Source: Lama glama (taxonomy: Eukaryota). Taken from it: a DNA stretch of 64,000 bases. A model generated the notes under the pieces. That model made no database searches and was not told the DNA's origin. It saw only the letters and a program-made list of their open reading frames with translations. Shown one piece after another: positions 59,735 to 64,000 of the stretch (position 1 is its first letter; each line of letters starts with the position of its first letter). The translations under genes and the position numbers were made by a program. The stretch lies in NCBI GenBank assembly GCA_028534125.1, contig CM052816.1, positions 310,001 to 374,000 on the forward strand. The letters are read 5' to 3'.

Positions 59735-60612
59735 GTAAACAGCATGCATGTGTCCACGTGGACTGTGGGCTGGTGTCTGTACATTATCTTCGTATCATTT
59801 CCTTGGCTCATCAGAGCCCTTATGTCGGTTTGGTCATTCCAACTGGCATCCCCTTGGCATCTCCTGGCAGCCATCTCATTCAGAATTTGTGCTGATGTTC
59901 AGGTCCAGTCTGTGTGTCTGTCCCTCCCAGCCCATTTGCCTCATCAGCTGTGCATTTGTTCCTGTTCAGGCCTTGGCCTTTTGCAGTTTGTGTGGTTGCA
60001 TGAAACTGTCTTGTGCAGTTTCCCCCTGTCTCCTGTGTGCGTACCTGTCACAGCGTTGTTCAGTGTCCCACTGTCTGTGTCCGGATCTCCATCCATATGT
60101 CCCCACTTGGCCTGCCCTTGTGGTAGGGGTGTAATTCCCACCGTATTCCCCTCCCTCTCCCACCCTCATGCACTCAGCTCTCCTCCATGCTCTGCAGCCT
60201 CTAGTTAGGATCTGAAGGTCATGGCCCTGCCCTAGAGGTACCAGGAGATCCCCCGTCCCCTCAGCCCTGATGACCTGGAGGAATACAGCGCTGCCTGTGG
60301 GCTTCCTGGGTGGAGGTCAGCATGAGAGCAGCAAGGTCAGATCCAGAAGTCCTCTCATTGCTCCCACTTCAGTCTTTCCTTCCCCCTAAAGTGAACCCAG
60401 GCCTGTGGCCCCATTCCCACCCCCAGCCTCCAGGAGCCCATGGCAGGGGGTCCTACAGGCAGATCAGGCAGCGGGGGTGAAGCCACGGGTCACACCCGGC
60501 CTGTGCCCTTAGTGGGGCTGACTGGGTGCTAAGGTGTCAGTCTACTGGCTGGGTGCCTGGGCACGTCTTGGGGGTGACCCTCTGTCTCCCCTCACCCCAC
60601 CTCACCTGGCAG

Positions 60613-60879
60613 CCCCGCAGGTGGTGTTCAGGGAGCCACTGCAGAGCCTGCAGGCTGAGGAAGGCGCGTCAGCCACCTTGCAGTGTGAGCTGTCGGAGCC
60701 CAGTGTCGCTGTGGTCTGGAGTAAGGGTGGCCTGGAGCTGCAGGCTGACGGGCGCCGGGAGACACGGCAGCGGGGCCGCGTGGCAGAGCTGCTGCTGCGG
60801 GACTTGCGTCGGGAGGATGCTGGGGAATACACCTGCGCCTGCGGCTCCCAGGCCACCAGCGCCACCCTCACCGTCACAG
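60613..60879 (+). CDS. OBSCN: Obscurin Ig exon (APQVVFREPLQSLQAEEG...), 267 nt
   Basis: TGGCAG|CC and CAG|GTGGGC. Confidence 0.92.
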
Positions 60880-61108
60880 GTGGGCCCTGCCCTCTTTCCC
60901 GGATCCACATGCCATGGGGGATGCTCGGGGCTGCAGCTCCAGCCTGGAAGTCTCATCTGAGGTGACACGGGGGCTCGCACACGGCGAGGCCGACCTGGCC
61001 TGAAGCTCTTCCCTGCCTCCCACTAGCTGCTCGCCTGTGGTCCTCCCGCCCCCCACCCCCCACAGCCGCTCTGGTACCTGCCCTCATGCTTCCCCCCATC
61101 CCCTGCAG

Positions 61109-61375
61109 CTGCACCCGTGAGGTTCCTTCGGGAGCTGCAGGCCCAGGAGGTAGACGAGGGCGCGACGGCACGCCTGCGCTGCGAGCTGAGCCGGGCAGGT
61201 GGCAGCGTGGAGTGGCGCAAGGGCTCCCTGCAGCTCTTCCCCTGCGCCAAGTACCAGATGGGGCTGGACGGCACAACCGCTGAGCTGCTGGTGCACGGCG
61301 CCGAGCAGGAGGACGCCGGCCACTACACCTGCGACACAGGCCACGCCCAGAGCACCGCCAGACTCTCTGTCCGCG
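61109..61375 (+). CDS. OBSCN: Obscurin Ig exon (AAPVRFLRELQAQEVDEG...), 267 nt
   Basis: CTGCAG|CT and GCG|GTGAGT. Confidence 0.94.
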
Positions 61376-61480
61376 GTGAGTTCCTGCTGGCCCCCCTGGC
61401 CTCCCCGGGCCCCTCAGTTCCCCGTGGAGCAGGCAGGCGCCTTGCTCAGCAGCCCTAAGTGGCCCTTCTCGGCCCGGCAG

Positions 61481-61753
61481 CCCCCAGGCCTGTGTTTAAG
61501 ACGGAGCTGCAGAGTGCAGAGCAGGAGGTGGGCGGTGTGGCCCGGCTGTGCTGCCAGCTGAACGACTCGGAGCCTGGGGCCCCCGTGCTGTGGCTCAAGG
61601 AGGGTTTGGAACTGCAAGTGAGTCCCAAGTATGAGATGCGGCGCCAGGGGGCCACATGCGAGCTGCTGATCCATGGGCTTGAGGCCAAGGACACCGGGGA
61701 GTACACCTGCATGGTGGGCAGCCAGAAAACCTTGGCCTCCCTCAAAGTCAAAG
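61481..61753 (+). CDS. OBSCN: Obscurin Ig exon (APRPVFKTELQSAEQEVG...), 273 nt
   Basis: CGGCAG|CC and AAG|GTGAGC. Confidence 0.92.
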
Positions 61754-62366
61754 GTGAGCCCTCCCTGCCACATGCATTCCCCTTAGAGCTGCCCTGGGGG
61801 CACACTTTTGCCGGGTGCTGTGCCAGGGGTGCCCCGAGGGCCGCTGGTGTGTGAGCTTTCTCTGCTGATTTCTATACCACTGTGGTGCTGATGGCCCAGA
61901 GAAGAGTTTTGACAGGGAGGAAACCGAACCTATAGCCCCTGAGCACTGCCCCGCCTCCCACCTCCATCCAGCCCGTGTGGCAGCCCGGCCTGGGCCACCC
62001 TCACTGAGCTCTTGCCAGTCTGTCCCGAAGGTCTTGCCTCCCTGACATCCCGGCCAGAGCAGGGCTGGCCACAAGGTGGGAAGGAACAAAAGCAGCCCAC
62101 CATCCCACAATCTCTTACCTGCTTCCTCTAAACAGAGCTGCCTCCGCCCAGCCTCTGCCTCCAGCCACTCAGTGTCATGGGAGGGAGCTGAGTTTGTGAG
62201 CAAATTGTGAGCGGTGTCATGCGGGGCAGATAGAGGCTGTGGCTGGAGAAGATCGTGAGAGTATCTAGGAGGGCTTCCTGGAGGTGGGGTGGGGGTGGGG
62301 AGGCGTGGGAGCTTGGCCCAGGTGCTCTGACCTGGCTGGTAAAGGCCCCCCTCGCCCACACCGCAG

Positions 62367-62639
62367 AGCCCGAGGTGACCATTGTGCGGGGCCTGGTTGA
62401 CATCGAGGCACAGGCCGACGGGGAAGCAGAGTTCAGCTGCGAGGTGTCTCGGGCTGGGGCCGTGGACGTGGAGTGGCGCCTCCAGGGCCTGCCACTGCAG
62501 AGCAACGAGGTGACGGAGGTGGGCGTGCGGGGTGGCTGCACCCACACACTGAGGCTGAAGGGCGTGACTCCCGAGGACGCAGGCACTGTCTCCTTCCACG
62601 TGGGCCTCCACACATCCTCTGCCCAGCTCACCGTGCGAG
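62367..62639 (+). CDS. OBSCN: Obscurin Ig exon (EPEVTIVRGLVDIEAQADG...), 273 nt
   Basis: CCGCAG|AG and GAG|GTAGTG. Confidence 0.93.
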
Positions 62640-62935
62640 GTAGTGGGAACCGGGCCTCCCTGCTCACTGCGCTTGGGGTCGGAACATCCTGGCCCTCCTT
62701 GGACCAGGCCCTGTCCAGGGACTGTGGCTGACAGCAAGGCTTCTTGCCTTTGTGGGACGGGGGACTGGCAGTGATTCTGGGGTGGCCCGAGATGTTGGGG
62801 TAGAGTGGTGCCTAGTGTGCTTGACTTCAAGAGTTGGGGCTGGGGTATCAGGTGCACCTCCCTGCTGGTGGGGAGGGGGGCATCCCAGCCACGGAGGCTG
62901 ACGCCACGCCTTCACCTCACTCCCACCCTGTGCAG

Positions 62936-63132
62936 TCCCTGAAGTGACCATCTTGGAGCCCCTGCAGGACGTGCAGCTCAGCGAGGGCCAGGACGCCCAC
63001 TTCCAGTGCCGGCTGTCCAGGGCCGTGGGCCAGGAGGCCCACTGGGCCCTGGGAGGGGTGCCCCTGCAGGCCAACGAGATGAACGACATCGCAGTGGAGC
63101 ACGGCACACTCCACCTGCTCACCCTGCACAAG
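62936..63132 (+). CDS. OBSCN: Obscurin split Ig exon, first part (VPEVTILEPLQDVQLSEG...LHK), 197 nt
   Basis: GTGCAG|TC and AAG|GTGGGG; 197+76 = 273 nt with the next exon. Confidence 0.93.
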
Positions 63133-63303
63133 GTGGGGTTCCCCGGACCTGCCCGGGTCACACGGTGCTCCCATGGGGCCGTCCTCCCACCCCAGGGAGG
63201 AAGGGGAAAGATTCCAACTCCAGTCAAATTGGGCTGGAGACTTGCAAGCAGAGATGGTCAGAGTGGTGCTGCCAGGCTCACAGCCCCATCTCTGCTCCCA
63301 CAG

Positions 63304-63379
63304 GTGACCCATGAAGATGCCGGAACCATCAGTTTCCAAGTGGGTTCCTGTAGTTCAGAGGCTCAGCTGAAGGTCACAG
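63304..63379 (+). CDS. OBSCN: Obscurin split Ig exon, second part (VTHEDAGTISFQVGSCSSEAQLKVT), 76 nt
   Basis: CCACAG|GT and CAG|GTGGGC. Confidence 0.92.
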
Positions 63380-63933
63380 GTGGGCAGCCCCCTCCTCCAC
63401 CCAGTCCCATTGCTTCTAAATGTCTGTGCTTCCTTACCCAAGGGGCTGTTGGCAGGTGGTGAGGCCAGAACCCTGGGCCATCTAGCAGCGAAAGTACCTT
63501 GGGGTGGCAACTTGCCACCCTTGACTAAAGTCACTGGGGGTGGGCCAGTCAAATCAGCTTGACAAATTCTGGTGTGTGGGACCAGCGCTGTCTGTAGGAG
63601 GGGGCCGGGGAGTCTGGCTGCTGGGGACCTCGGCCCTGGAGGGGAAGCAGGGCCTTGTGGACTTCTGCCCTCCACACAGCCGCCCCTGTGACACAGGTCC
63701 CTGTGTTCCCGTCCACGCTGACACACACCTGCATGCCTGGCAGGCTTCCAGCTACCGATACAACAGCACACCGGCGACATGTGAATTGTTTGTGGCATAC
63801 TTTACATGGCCCCAGACTTGCAAATAGGATTTAAGCACCTTCCATTTGGGTTCGTCCCCGGAGTTGGTCATCTCTGAGTCCCTGGTCCTGAGAGACCCTC
63901 CCCTGGTGTCCTACTCCTGGTTCTCATGCTAGT

Positions 63934-63995
63934 TCCATCCATCCATCCATCCATCCATCAATCCATCATCCACCATCTACCCATCCATTTATCTA
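63934..63995. repeat. (TCCA)n tetranucleotide repeat
   Basis: TCCATCCATCCATCC... with a degenerate tail. Confidence 0.9.
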
Positions 63996-64000
63996 TGCAT

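Noticed and set aside
61748..62857. 369-aa minus-strand ORF
   Set aside because: It is a GC-rich shadow frame opposite an OBSCN exon with no recognisable protein.

Overview
Mammalian genomic DNA, probably camelid (inferred only from a tRNA-derived SINE resembling the camelid family). The window holds the 5' part of the obscurin gene (OBSCN) on the + strand. I could trace 45 coding exons or exon parts by GT-AG boundaries, from the start codon at 5825 to 63379. They encode tandem Ig-like domains and one FN3 domain, almost all as symmetric phase-1 exons, and the gene continues past the window. There are two tandem exon arrays. Array A has 276-nt 'AQAQTEVTWYKDG' exons in multi-kb L1-containing units and includes two dead copies. 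Array B has 264-nt 'EAPVEWRKG' exons in ~0.6-kb units with a higher-order duplication and exon stubs. Three 500-N gaps hide sequence. The most unusual element lies upstream of the first coding exon, on the - strand. It is a retrocopy that begins at the 5' end of the H/ACA snoRNA SNORA70, runs through the rest of its RPL10 host intron and two spliced RPL10 exons to a poly(A) tail, and is flanked by a target-site duplication. This looks like a fossil of a snoRNA-capped, polyadenylated RPL10 transcript. Gene, repeat and taxon names come from recognition, not database searches.
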